From the NCBI RefSeq assembly GCF_009914755.1, contig NC_060929.1: DNA of 64,000 bases; one strand, 5' to 3'. The notes beneath the pieces were generated by a model, which saw nothing but the letters and a program-made list of their open reading frames with translations, had not been told where the DNA came from and did not search any database. A program made the translations under genes and the position numbers. Below are positions 11,289 through 24,100 of this stretch, in pieces (within the stretch, counting starts at the first letter, position 1; every line of letters begins with the position of its first letter). This DNA is from the human T2T-CHM13v2.0 reference genome, Homo sapiens.

Positions 11289-14200
11289 CATTCCCACAAA
11301 CTGCGTTGTGATGTGTTCGTTCAACTCACAGAGTTTAACCTTTCTTTTCATAGAGCAGTTAGGAAACAGTCTGTTTGTAAATTCTGTAAGTGGATATTCT
11401 GGCATCTTGTGACCTTCGTTGGAAACGGGATTTCTTCATATTCTGCTAGACAGAAGAATTCTCAGAATCTTCCTTGTGTTGTGTGTATTCGACTCACAGA
11501 GTTGAACGATGGTTTACACAGAGCAGATTTGAAACACTCTTTTTGTGGAATTTGCAAGTGGAGATTTCAGCCGCGCTGAGGTCAATGGTAGAAAAGGAAA
11601 TATCTTCGTATAAAAACTAGACAGAATGATTCTCAGAAACTTCTTTGTGATGTGTGCGTTCAACTCACAGAGTTTAACCTTTCTTTTCATAGAGCAGTTA
11701 GGAAACACTCTGTTTGTAAACTCTGCAAGTGGATATTCAGACCTCTTTGAGGCCTTCGTTGGAAACGGGATTTCTTCATACTGTGCTAGACAGAAGAATT
11801 CTCAGTAACTTCCTTGTGTTGTGTGTGTTCAACTCACAGAGTTGAGCTTTCATTTACACAGAGCGGACTTGAAACACTCTTTTTGTGGAATTTGCAAGTG
11901 GAGATTTCAGCCGCGTTGAGGTCAATGGTAGAAAAGGAAATATCTTCGTATAAAAACTAGACAGAATGATTCTCAGAAACTCCTTTGTGATGTGTGCGTT
12001 CAACTCACAGAGTTTAACCTTTCTTTTCATAGAGCAGTTAGGAAACACTCTGTTTGTAAAGTCTGCAAGTGGATATTCAGACCTCTTTGAGGCCTTCGTT
12101 GGAAACGGGATTTTTTCATATAAGGCTAGACAGAACAATTCTCAGTAACTTCCTTGTGTTGTGTGTGTTCAACTCACAGAGTTGAACTTTCATTTACACA
12201 GAGCAGATTTGAAACACTCTTTTTGTGGAATTTGCAAGTGGAGATTTCAAGCGCTTTGAGGCCAAAGGCAGAAAAGGAAATATCTTCGTATAAAAACTAG
12301 ACAGAATCATTCTCAGAAACTGCTCTGCGATGTGTGCGTTCAACTCTCAGAGTTTAACTTTTCTTTTCATTCAGCAGTTTGGAAACACTCTGTTTGTAAA
12401 GTCTGCACGTGGATAATTTGACCACTTAGAGGCCTTCGTTGGAAACGGGTTTTTTTCATGTAAGGCTAGACAGAAGAATTCTCAGTAACTTCCTTGTGTT
12501 GTGTGTATTCAACTCACAGAGTTGAACGATCCTTTACACACAGCAGACTTGTAACACTCTTTTTGTGGAATTCGCAAGTGGAGATTTCAGCCGCTTTGAA
12601 GTCAAAGGTAGAAAAGGAAATATCTTCCTATAAAAACTAGACAGAATGATTCTCAGAAACTCCTTTGTGATGTGTGCGTTCAACTCACAGAGTTTAACCT
12701 TTCTTTTCATAGAGCAGTTAGGAAACACTCTGTTTGTAAAGTCTGCAAGTGGATATTCAGACCTCTTTGAGGCCTTCGTTGGAAACCGGTTTTTTTCATA
12801 TAAGGCTAGACAGAAGAATTCCCAGTAACTTCCTTGTGTTGTGTGTGTTCAACTCACAGAGTTGAACGATCCTTTACACAGAGCAGATTTGAAACACTCT
12901 TTTTGTGGAATTTGCAAGTGGAGATTTCAAGCGCTTTGAGGCCAAAGGCAGAAAAGGAAATATCTTCGTATAAAAACTAGACAGAATCATTCTCAGAAAC
13001 TGCTCTGCGATGTGTGCGTTCAACTCTCAGAGTTTAACTTTTCTTTTCATTCAGCAGTTTGGAAACACTCTGTTTGTAAAGTCTGCACGTGGATATTTTG
13101 ACCACTTAGAGGCCTTCGTTGGAAACGGGTTTTTTTCCTGTAAGGCTAGACAGAAGAATTCCCAGTAACTTCCTTGTGTTGTGTACATTCAACTCACAGA
13201 GTTGAACGTTCCCTTAGACAGAGCAGATTTGAAACACTCTTTTTGTGCAATTGGCAAGTGGAGATTTCAAGCGCTTTGAGGTCAATGACAGAAAAGGAAA
13301 TATCTTCGTTTCAAAACTAGACAGAATCATTCCCACAAACTGCGTTGTGATGTGTTCGTTCAACTCACAGAGTTTAACCTTTCTTTTCATAGAGCAGTTA
13401 GGAAACAGTCTGTTTGTAAATTCTGTAAGTGGATATTCTGACATCTTGTGGCCTTCGTTGGAAACGGGATTTCTTCATATTCTGCTAGACAGAAGAATTC
13501 TCAGAATCTTCCTTGTGTTGTGTGTATTCAACTCACAGAGTTGAACGATGGTTTACACAGAGCAGATTTGAAACACTCTTTTGGTGGAATTTGCAAGTGG
13601 AGATTTCAGCCGCTTTGAGGTCAATGGTAGAAAAGGAAATATCTTCGTATAAAACTAGACAGAATGATTCTCAGAAACTTCTTTGTGATGTGTGCGTTCA
13701 ACTCACAGAGTTTAACCTTTGTTTTCATAGAGCAGTTAGGAAACACTCTGTTTGTAAAGTCTGCAAGTGGATATTCAGACCTCTTTGAGGCCTTCGTTGG
13801 AAACGGGATTTCTTCATACTGTGCTAGACAGAAGAATTCTCAGTAACTTCCTTGTGTTGTGTGTATTCATCTCACAGAGTTGAACGATCCTTTACACAGA
13901 GCGGACTTGAAACACTCTTTTTGTGGAATTTGCAAGTGGAGATTTCAGCCGCTTTGAAGTCAAAGGTAGAAAAGGAAATATCTTCCTATAAAAACTAGAC
14001 AGAATGATTCTCAGAAACTCCTTTGTGATGTGTGCGTTCAACTCACAGAGTTTGACCTTTCTTTTCATAGAGCAGTTAGGAAACACTCTGTTTGTAAAGT
14101 CTGCAAGTGGATATTCAGACCTCTTTGAGGCCTTCGTTGGAAACGGGTTTTTTTCATATAAGGCTAGACAGAAGAATTCCCAGTAACTTCCTTGTGTTGT

Positions 14201-14685
14201 GTGTGTTCAACTCACAGAGTTGAACTTTCATTTACACAGAGCAGATTTGAAACACTCTTTTTGTGGAATTTGCAAGTGGAGATTTCAAGCGCTTTGAGGC
14301 CAAAGGCAGAAAAGGAAATATCTTCGTATAAAAACTAGACAGAATCATTCTCAGAAACTGCTCTGCGATGTGTGCGTTCAACTCTCAGAGTTTAACTTTT
14401 CTTTTCATTCAGCAGTTTGGAAACACTCTGTTTGTAAAGTCTGCACGTGGATATTTTGACCACTTAGAGGCCTTCGTTGGAAACGGGTTTTTTTCCTGTA
14501 AGGCTAGACAGAAGAATTCCCAGTAACTTCCTTGCGTTGTGTACATTCAACTCACAGAGTTGAACGTTCCCTTACACAGAGCAGATTTGAAACACTCTTT
14601 TTGTGCAATTGGCAAGTGGAGATTTCAAGCGCTTTGAGGTCAATGGCAGAAAAGGAATTATCTTCGTTTCAAAACTAGACAGAAT
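11289..14685 (+). repeat. 12-mer (2039 bp) followed by an 8-mer (1358 bp) with an A5/A1 hybrid monomer
   Basis: B4 starts at 11289, 13328 and 14686. The monomer at ~13835-14005 begins A5-like (GCGGACTTGAAAC) and ends A1-like (GAAGTCAAAGG..CCTATA). Confidence 0.85.
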
Positions 14686-17600
14686 CATTCCCACAAACTG
14701 CGTTGTGATGTGTTCGTTCAACTCACAGAGTTTAACCTTTCTTTTCATAGAGCAGTTAGGAAACAGTCTGTTTGTAAATTCTGTAAGTGGATATTCTGAC
14801 ATCTTGTGGCCTTCGTTGGAAACGGGATTTCTTCATATTCTGCTAGACAGAAGAATTGTCAGAATCTTCCTTGTGTTGTGTGTATTCAACACACAGAGTT
14901 GAATGATGGTTTACACAGAGCAGATTTGAAACACTCTTTTGGTGGAATTTGCAAGTGGAGATTTCAGCCGCTTTGAGGTCAATGGTAGAAAAGGAATTAT
15001 CTTCGTTTCAAAACTAGACAGAATCATTCCCACAAACTGCGTTGTGATGTGTTCGTTCAACTCACAGAGTTTAACCTTTCTTTTCATAGAGCAGTTAGGA
15101 AACAGTCTGTTTGTAAATTCTGTAAGTGGATATTCTGACATCTTGTGGCCTTCGTTGGAAACGGGATTTCTTCATATTCTGCTAGACAGAAGAATTGTCA
15201 GAATCTTCCTTGTGTTGTGTGTATTCAACACACAGAGTTGAATGATGGTTTACACAGAGCAGATTTGAAACACTCTTTTGGTGGAATTTGCAAGTGGAGA
15301 TTTCAGCCGCTTTGAGGTCAATGGTAGAAAAGGAAATATCTTCGCATAAAAACTAGACAGAATGATTCTCAGAAACTTCTTTGTGATGTGTGCGTTCAAC
15401 TCACAGAGTTTAACCTTTCTTTTCATAGAGCAGTTAGGAAACGCTCTGTTTGTAAACTCTACAATTGGATATTCAGACCTCTTTGAGGCCTTCGTTGGAA
15501 ACCGGATTTCTTCATACTGTGCTAGACAGAAGAATTCTCAGTAACTTCCTTGTGTTGTGTGTATTCAACTCACAGAGTTGAACGATCCTTTACACAGAGC
15601 GGACTTGAAACACTCTTTTTGTGGAATTTGCAAGTGGAGATTTCAGCCGCGTTGAGGTCAATGGTAGAAAAGGCAATATCTTCTTATAAAAACTAGACAG
15701 AATGATTCTCAGAAACTCCTTTGTGATGTGTGTGTTCAACTCACAGAGTTTAACCTTTCTTTTCATAGAGCAGTTAGGAAACACTCTGTTTGTAAAGTCT
15801 GCAAGTGGATATTCAGACCTCTTTGAGGCCTTCGTTGGAAACGGGTTTTTTTCATATAAGGTTAGACAGAAGAATTCCCAGTAACTTCCTTGTGTTGTGT
15901 GTGTTCAACTCACAGAGATGAACTCTCATTTACACAGAGCAGAGTTGAAACACTCTTTTTGTGGAATTTGCAAGTGGAGATTTCAAGCGCTTTGAGGCCA
16001 AAGGCAGAAAAGGAAATATCTTCGTATAAAAACTAGACAGAATCATTCTCAGAAACTGCTCTGCGATGTGTGCGTTCAACTCTCAGAGTTTAACTTTTCT
16101 TTTCATTCAGCAGTTTGGAAACACTCTGTTTGTAAAGTCTGCACGTGCATAATTTGACCACTTAGAGGCCTTCGTTGGAAACAGGTTTTTTTCATGTAAG
16201 GCTAGACAGAAGAATTCTCAGTAACTTCCTTGTGTTGTGTGTATTCAACTCACAGAGTTGAACGATCCTTTACACAGAGGAGACTTGTAACACTCTTTTT
16301 GTGGAATTTGCAAGTGGAGATTTCAGCCGCTTTGAAGTCAAAGGTAGAAAAGGAAATATCTTCCTATAAAAACTAGACAGAATGATTCTCAGAAACTCCT
16401 TTCTGATGTGTGCGTTCAACTCACAGAGTTTGACCTTTCTTTTCGTAGAGCAGTTAGGAAACACTCTGTTTGTAAAGTCTGCAAGTGGATATTCAGACCT
16501 CTTTGAGGCCTTCGTTGGAAACGGGTTTTTTTCATATAAGGCTAGACAGAAGAATTCCCAGTAGCTTCCTTGTGTTGTGTGTGTTCAACTCACAGAGTTG
16601 AACTTTCATTTACACAGAGCAGATTTGAAACACTCTTTTTGTGGAATTTGCAAGTGGAGATTTCAAGCGCTTTGAGGCCAAAGGCAGAAAAGGAAATATC
16701 TTCGTATAAAAACTAGACAGAATCATTCTCAGAAACTGCTCTGCGATGTGTGCTTTCAACTCTCAGAGTTTAACTTTTCTTTTCATTCAGCAGTTTGGAA
16801 ACACTCTGTTTGTAAAGTCTGCACGTGGATATTTTGACCACTTAGAGGCCTTCGTTGGAAACGGGTTTTTTTCCTGTAAGGCTAGACAGAAGAATTCCCA
16901 GTAACTTCCTTGCGTTGTGTACATTCAACTCACAGAGTTGAACGTTCCCTTAGACAGAGCAGATTTGAAACACTCTTTTTGTGCAATTGGCAAGTGGAGA
17001 TTTGAAGCGCTTTGAGGTCAATGGCAGAAAAGGAATTATCTTCGTTTCAAAACTAGACAGAATCATTCCCACAAACTGCGTTGTGATGTGTTCGTTCAAC
17101 TCACAGAGTTTAACCTTTCTTTTCATAGAGCAGTTAGGAAACAGTCTGTTTGTAAATTCTGTAAGTGGATATTCTGACATCTTGTGGCCTTCGTTGGAAA
17201 CGGGATTTCTTCATATTCTGCTAGACAGAAGAATTGTCAGAATCTTCCTTGTGTTGTGTGTATTCAACACACAGAGTTGAATGATGGTTTACACAGAGCA
17301 GATTTGAAACACTCTTTTGGTGGAATTTGCAAGTGGAGATTTCAGCCGCTTTGAGGTCAATGGTAGAAAAGGAATTATCTTCGTTTCAAAACTAGACAGA
17401 ATCATTCCCACAAACTGCGTTGTGATGTGTTCGTGCAACTCACAGAGTTTAACCTTTCTTTTCATAGAGCAGTTAGGAAACAGTCTGTTTGTAAATTCTG
17501 TAAGTGGATATTCTGACATCTTGTGGCCTTCGTTGGAAACGGGATTTCTTCATATTCTGCTAGACAGAAGAATTCTCAGAATCTTCCTTGTGTTGTGTGT

Positions 17601-17741
17601 ATTCAACTCACAGAGTTGAACGATGGTTTACACAGACAAGATTTGAAACACTCTTTTGGTGGAATTTGCAAGTGGAGATTTCAGCCGCTTTGAGGTCAAG
17701 CGTAGAAAAGGAAATATCTTCGTATAAAAACTAGACAGAAT
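14686..17741 (+). repeat. 14-mer (2378 bp) period containing a duplicated B4-A4 dimer
   Basis: B4 at 14686+15025 and 17064+17403, i.e. 339 bp pairs lying 2378 bp apart. Shared markers AGGAATTATC, GAATTGTCAG, AACACACAG and GAATGATGG. Confidence 0.92.
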
Positions 17742-20700
17742 GATTCTCAGAAACTTCTTTGTGATGTGTGCGTTCAACTCACAGAGTTTAACCTTTCTTT
17801 TCATAGAGCAGTTAGGAAACACTGTGTTTTTAAACTGTGCAAGTGGATATTCAGACCTCTTTGAGGCCTTCGTTGGAAACGGGATTTCTTCATACTGTGC
17901 TAGACAGAAGAATTCTCAGTAACTTCCTTGTGTTGTGTGTATTCAACTCAGAGAGTTGAACGATCCTTTACACAGAGCAGACTTGAAACACTCTTTTTGT
18001 GGAATTTGCAACTGGAGATTTCAGCCGCGTTGATGTCAATGGTAGAAAAGGAAATATCTTCGTATAAAAACTGGACAGAATGATTCTCAGAAACTCCTTT
18101 GTGATGTGTGTGTTCAACTCACAGAGCTTAACCTTTCTTTTCATAGAGCAGTTAGGAAACACTCTGTTTGTAAAGTCTGCAAGTGGATATTCAGACCTCT
18201 TTGAGGCCTTCGTTGGAAACGGGTTTTTTTCATATAAGGCTAGACAGAAGAATTCCCAGTAACTTCCTTGTGTTGTGTGTGTTCAAGTCACAGAGTTGAA
18301 CTTTCATTTACACAGAGCAGATTTGAAACACTCTTTTTGTGGAATTTGCAAGTGGAGATTTCAAGCGCTTTGAGGTCAATGGTAGAAAAGTAAATATCTT
18401 CGTATAAAAACTAGACAGAATGATTCTCAGAAACTTCTTTGTGATGTGTGCGTTCAACTCACAGAGTTTAAACTTTCTTTTCATAGAGCAGTTAGGAAAC
18501 ACTCTGTTTGTAAAGTCTGCAAGTGGATATTCAGACCTCTTTGAGGCCTTCTTTGGAAACGGGTTTTTTTCATATAAGGCTAGACAGAACAATTCCCAGT
18601 AACTTCCTTGGGTTGTGTGTGTTCAACTCACAGAGTTGAACTTTCATTTACACAGAGCAGATTTGAAACACTCTTTTTGTGGAATTTGCAAGTGGAGATT
18701 TCAAGCGCTTTGAGGCCAAAGGCAGAAAAGGAAATATCTTCGTATAAAAACTAGACAGAATCATTCTCAGAAACTGCTCTGCGATGTGTGCGTTCAACTC
18801 TCAGAGTTTAACTTTTCTTTTCATTCAGCAGTTTGGAAACACTCTGTTTGTAAAGTCTGCACGTGGATAATTTGACCACTTAGAGGCCTTCGTTGGAAAC
18901 GGGTTTTTTTCATGTAAGGCTAGACAGAAGAATTCTCAGTAACTTCCTTGTGTTGTGTGTATTCAACTCACACAGTTGAACGATCCTTTACACAGAGCAG
19001 ACTTGTAACACTCTTTTTGTGGAATTTGCAAGTGGAGATTTCAGCCGCTTTGAAGTCAAAGGTAGAAAAGGAAATATCTTCCTATAAAAACTAGACAGAA
19101 TGATTCTCAGAAACTCCTTTGTGATGTGTGCGTTCAACTCACAGAGTTTAACCTTTCTTTTCATAGAGCAGTTAGGAAACACTCTGTTTCTAAAGTCTGC
19201 AAGTGGATATTCAGACCTCTTTGAGGCCTTCGTTGGAAACGGGTTTTTTTCATATAAGGCTAGACAGAACAATTCCCAGTAACTTCCTTGTGTTGTGTGT
19301 GTTCAACTCACAGAGTTGAACTTTCATTTACACAGAGCAGATTTGAAATACTCTTTTTGTGGAATTTGCAAGTGGAGATTTCAAGCGCTTTGAGGCCAAA
19401 GGCAGAAAAGGAAATATCTTCGTATAAAAACTAGACAGAATCATTCTAAGAAACTGCTCTGCGATGTGTGTGTTCAACTCTCAGAGTTTAACTTTTCTTT
19501 TCCTTCAGCAGTTTGGAAACACTCTGTTTGTAAAGTCTGCACGTACATAATTTGACCACTTAGAGGCCTTCGTTGGAAACGGGTTTTTTTCATGTAAGGC
19601 TAGACAGAAGAATTCTCAGTAACTTCCTTGTGTTGTGTGTATTCAACTCACAGAGTTGAACGATCCTTTACACAGAGCAGACTTGTAACACTCTTTTTGT
19701 GGAATTTGCAAGTGGGGATTTCAGCCGCTTTGAAGTCAAAGGTAGAAAAGGAAATATCTTCCTATAAAAACTAGACAGAATGATTCTCAGAAACTCCTTT
19801 GTGATGTGTGCGTTCAACTCACAGAGTTTAACCTTTCTTTTCATAGAGCAGTTAGGAAACACTCTGTTTGTAAAGTCTGCAAGTGGATATTCAGACCTCT
19901 TTGAGGCCTTCGTTGGAAACGGGTTTTTTTCATATAAGGCTAGACAGAAGAATTCCCAGTAACTTCCTTGTGTTGTGTGTGTTCAACTCACAGAGTTGAA
20001 CTTTCATTTACACAGAGCAGATTTGAAACACTCTTTTTGTGGAATTTGCAAGTGGAGATTTCAAGCGCTTTGAGGCCAAAGGCAGAAAAGGAAATATCTT
20101 CGTATAAAAACTAGACAGAATCATTCTAAGAAACTGCTCTGCGATGTGTGTGTTCAACTCTCAGAGTTTAACTTTTCTTTTCCTTCAGCAGTTTGGAAAC
20201 ACTCTGTTTGTAAAGTCTGCACGTGGATAATTTGACCACTTAGAGGCCTTCGTTAGAAACGGGTTTTTTTCATGTAAGGCTAGACAGAAGAATTCTCAGT
20301 AACTTCCTTGTGTTGTGTGTATTCAACTCACAGAGTTGACCGATCCTTTACACAGAGCAGAGTTGTAACACTCTTTTTTTGTGGAATTTGCAAGTGGAGA
20401 TTTCAGCGGCTTTGAAGTCAATGGTAGAAAAGGAAATATCTTCCTATAAAAACTAGACAGAATGATTCTCAGAAACTCCTTTGTGATGTGTGCGTTCAAC
20501 TCACAGAGTTTAACCTTTCTTTTCATAGAGCAGTTAGGAAACACTCTGTTTGTAAAGTCTGCAAGTGGATATTCAGACCTCTTTGAGGCCTTCGTTGGAA
20601 ACAGGTTTTTTTCCTATAAGGCTAGACAGAAGAATTCCCAGTAACTTCCTTGTGTTGTGTGTGTTCAACTCACAGAGTTGAACTTTCATTTACACAGAGC

Positions 20701-21143
20701 AGATTTGAAACACTCTTTTTGTGGAATTTGCAAGTGGAGGTTTCAAGCGCTTTGAGGCCAAAGGCAGAAAAGGAAATACCTTCGTATAAAAACTAGACAG
20801 AATCATTCTCAGAAACTGCTCTGCGATGTGTGCGTTCAACTCTCAGAGTTTAACTTTTCTTTTCATTCAGCAGTTTGGAATCACTCTGTTTGTAAAGTCT
20901 GCACGTGGATATTTTGACCACTTAGAGGCCTTCGTTGGAAACGGGTTTTTTTCCTGTAAGGCTAGACAGAAGAATTCCCAGTAACTTCCTTGCGTTGTGT
21001 ACATTCAACTCACAGAGTTGAACGTTCCCTTAGACAGAGCAGATTTGAAACACTCTTTTTGTGCAATTGGCAAGTGGAGATTTCAAGCGCTTTAAGGTCA
21101 ATGGCAGAAAAGGAAATATCTTCGTTTCAAAACTAGACAGAAT
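17403..21143 (+). repeat. 22-mer HOR variant (3741 bp): core, one extra hybrid dimer and three 4-mer cassettes
   Basis: B4 at 17403 and 21144. B1 at ~18762, ~19442 and ~20122. Extra A6/A4-like plus B5/B6 hybrid dimer at ~18250-18590. Confidence 0.85.
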
Positions 21144-24100
21144 CATTGGCACAAACTGCGTTGTGATGTGTTCGTTCAACTCACAGAGTTTAACCTTTCT
21201 TTTCATAGAGCAGTTAGGAAACAGTCTGTTTGTAAATTCTGTAAGTGGATATTCTGACATCTTGTGACCTTCGTTGGAAACGGGATTTATTCATATTCTG
21301 CTAGACAGAAGAATTCTCAGAATCTTCCTTGTGTTGTGTGTATTCAACTCACAGAGTTGAACGATGGTTTACACAGAGCAGATTTGAAACACTCTTTTTG
21401 TGGAATTAGCAAGTGGAGATTTCAGCCGCTTTGAGGTCAATGGTAGAAAAGGAAATATCTTCGTATAAAAACTAGACAGAATGATTCTCAGAAACTTCTT
21501 TGTGATGTGTGCGTTCAACTCACAGAGTTTAACCTTTCTTTTCATAGAGCAGTTAGGAAACACTCTGTTTGTAAACTCTGCAAGTGGATATTCAGACCTC
21601 TTTGAGGCCTTCGTTGGAAACGGGATTTCTTCATACTGTGCTAGACAGAAGAATTCTCAGTAACTTCCTTGTGTTGTGTGTATTCAACTCACAGAGTTGA
21701 ACGATCCTTTACACAGAGCAGACTTGAAACACTCTTTTTGTGGAATTTGCAAGTGGAGATTTCAGCCGCGTTGAGGTCAATGGTAGAAAAGGAAATATCT
21801 TCGTATAAAAACTAGACAGAATGATTCTCAGAAACTCCTTTGTGATGTGTGTGTTCAACTCACAGAGTTTAACCTTTCTTTTCATAGAGCAGTTAGGAAA
21901 CACTCTGTTTGTAAAGTCTGCAAGTGGATATTCAGACCTCTTTGAGGCCTTCGTTGGAAACGGGTTTTTTTCATATAAGGCTAGACAGAAGAATTCCCAG
22001 TAACTTCCTTGTGTTGTGTGTGTTCAACTCACAGAGTTGAACTTTCATTTACACAGAGCAGATTTGAAACACTCTTTTTGTGGAATTTGCAAGTGGAGAT
22101 TTCAAGCGCTTTGAGGCCAAAGGCAGAAAAGGAAATATCTTCGTATAAAAACTAGACAGAATCATTCTAAGAAACTGCTCTGCGATGTGTGTGTTCAACT
22201 CTCAGAGTTTAACTTTTCTTTTCCTTCAGCAGTTTGGAAACACTCTGTTTGTAAAGTCTGCACGTGGATAATTTGACCACTTAGAGGCCTTCGTTAGAAA
22301 CGGGTTTTTTTCATGTAAGGCTAGACAGAAGAATTCTCAGTAACTTCCTTGTGTTGTGTGTATTCAACTCACAGAGTTGACCGATCCTTTACACAGAGCA
22401 GACTTGTAACACTCTTTTTTTGTGGAATTTGCAAGTGGAGATTTCAGCGGCTTTGAAGTCAATGGTAGAAAAGGAAATATCTTCCTATAAAAACTAGACA
22501 GAATGATTCTCAGAAACTCCTTTGTGATGTGTGCGTTCAACTCACAGAGTTTAACCTTTCTTTTCATAGAGCAGTTAGGAAACACTCTGTTTGTAAAGTC
22601 TGCAAGTGGATATTCAGACCTCTTTGAGGCCTTCGTTGGAAACGGGTTTTTTTCCTATAAGGCTAGACAGAAGAATTCCCAGTAACTTCCTTGTGTTGTG
22701 TGTGTTCAACTCACAGAGTTGAACTTTCATTTACACAGAGCAGATTTGAAACACTCTTTTTGTGGAATTTGCAAGTGGAGGTTTCAAGCGCTTTGAGGCC
22801 AAAGGCAGAAAAGGAAATACCTTCGTATAAAAACTAGACAGAATCCTTCTCAGAAACTGCTCTGCGATGTGTGCGTTCAACTCTCAGAGTTTAACTTTTC
22901 TTTTCATTCAGCAGTTTGGAATCACTCTGTTTGTAAAGTCTGCACGTGGATATTTTGACCACTTAGAGGCCTTCGTTGGAAACTGGTTTTTTTCCTGTAA
23001 GGCTAGACAGAAGAATTCCCAGTAACTTCCTTGCGTTGTGTACATTCAACTCACAGAGTTGAACGTTCCCTTAGACAGAGCAGATTTGAAACACTCTTTT
23101 TGTGCAATTGGCAAGTGGAGATTTCAAGCGCTTTAAGGTCAATGGCAGAAAAGGAAATATCTTCGTTTCAAAACTAGACAGAATCATTGGCACAAACTGC
23201 GTTGTGATGTGTTCGTTCAACTCACAGAGTTTAACCTTTCTTTTCATAGAGCAGTTAGGAAACAGTCTGTTTGTAAATTCTGTAAGTGGATATTCTGACA
23301 TCTTGTGACCTTCGTTGGAAACGGGATTTCTTCATATTCTGCTAGACAGAAGAATTCTCAGAATCTTCCTTGTGTTGTGTGTATTCAACTCACAGAGTTG
23401 AACGATGGTTTACACAGAGCAGATTTGAAACACTCTTTTTGTGGAATTTGCAAGTGGAGATTTCAGCCGCTTTGAGGTCAAGCGTAGAAAAGGAAATATC
23501 TTCGTATAAAAACTAGACAGAATGATTCTCAGAAACTTCTTTGTGATGTGTGCGTTCAACTCACAGAGTTTAACCTTTCTTTTCATAGAGCAGTTAGGAA
23601 ACACTCTGTTTGTAAACTCTGCAAGTGGATATTCAGACCTCTTTGAGGCCTTCGTTGGAAACGGGATTTCTTCATACTGTGCTAGACAGAAGAATTCTCA
23701 GTAACTTCCTTGTGTTGTGTGTATTCAACTCACAGAGTTGAACGATCCTTTACACAGAGCAGACTTGAAACACTCTTTTTGTGGAATTTGCAAGTGGAGA
23801 TTTCAGCCGCGTTGAGGTCAATGGTAGAAAAGGAAATATCTTCGTATAAAAACTAGACAGAATGATTCTCAGAAACTTCTTTGTGATGTGTGCGTTCAAC
23901 TCACAGAGTTTAACCTTTCTTTTCATAGAGCAGTTAGGAAACACTCTGTTTGTAAAGTCTGCAAGTGGATATTCAGACCTCTTTGAGGCCTTCTTTGGAA
24001 ACGGGTTTTTTTCATATAAGGCTAGACAGAAGAATTCCCAGTAACTTCCTTGTGTTGTGTGTGTTCAACTCACAGAGATGAACTCTCATTTACACAGAGC

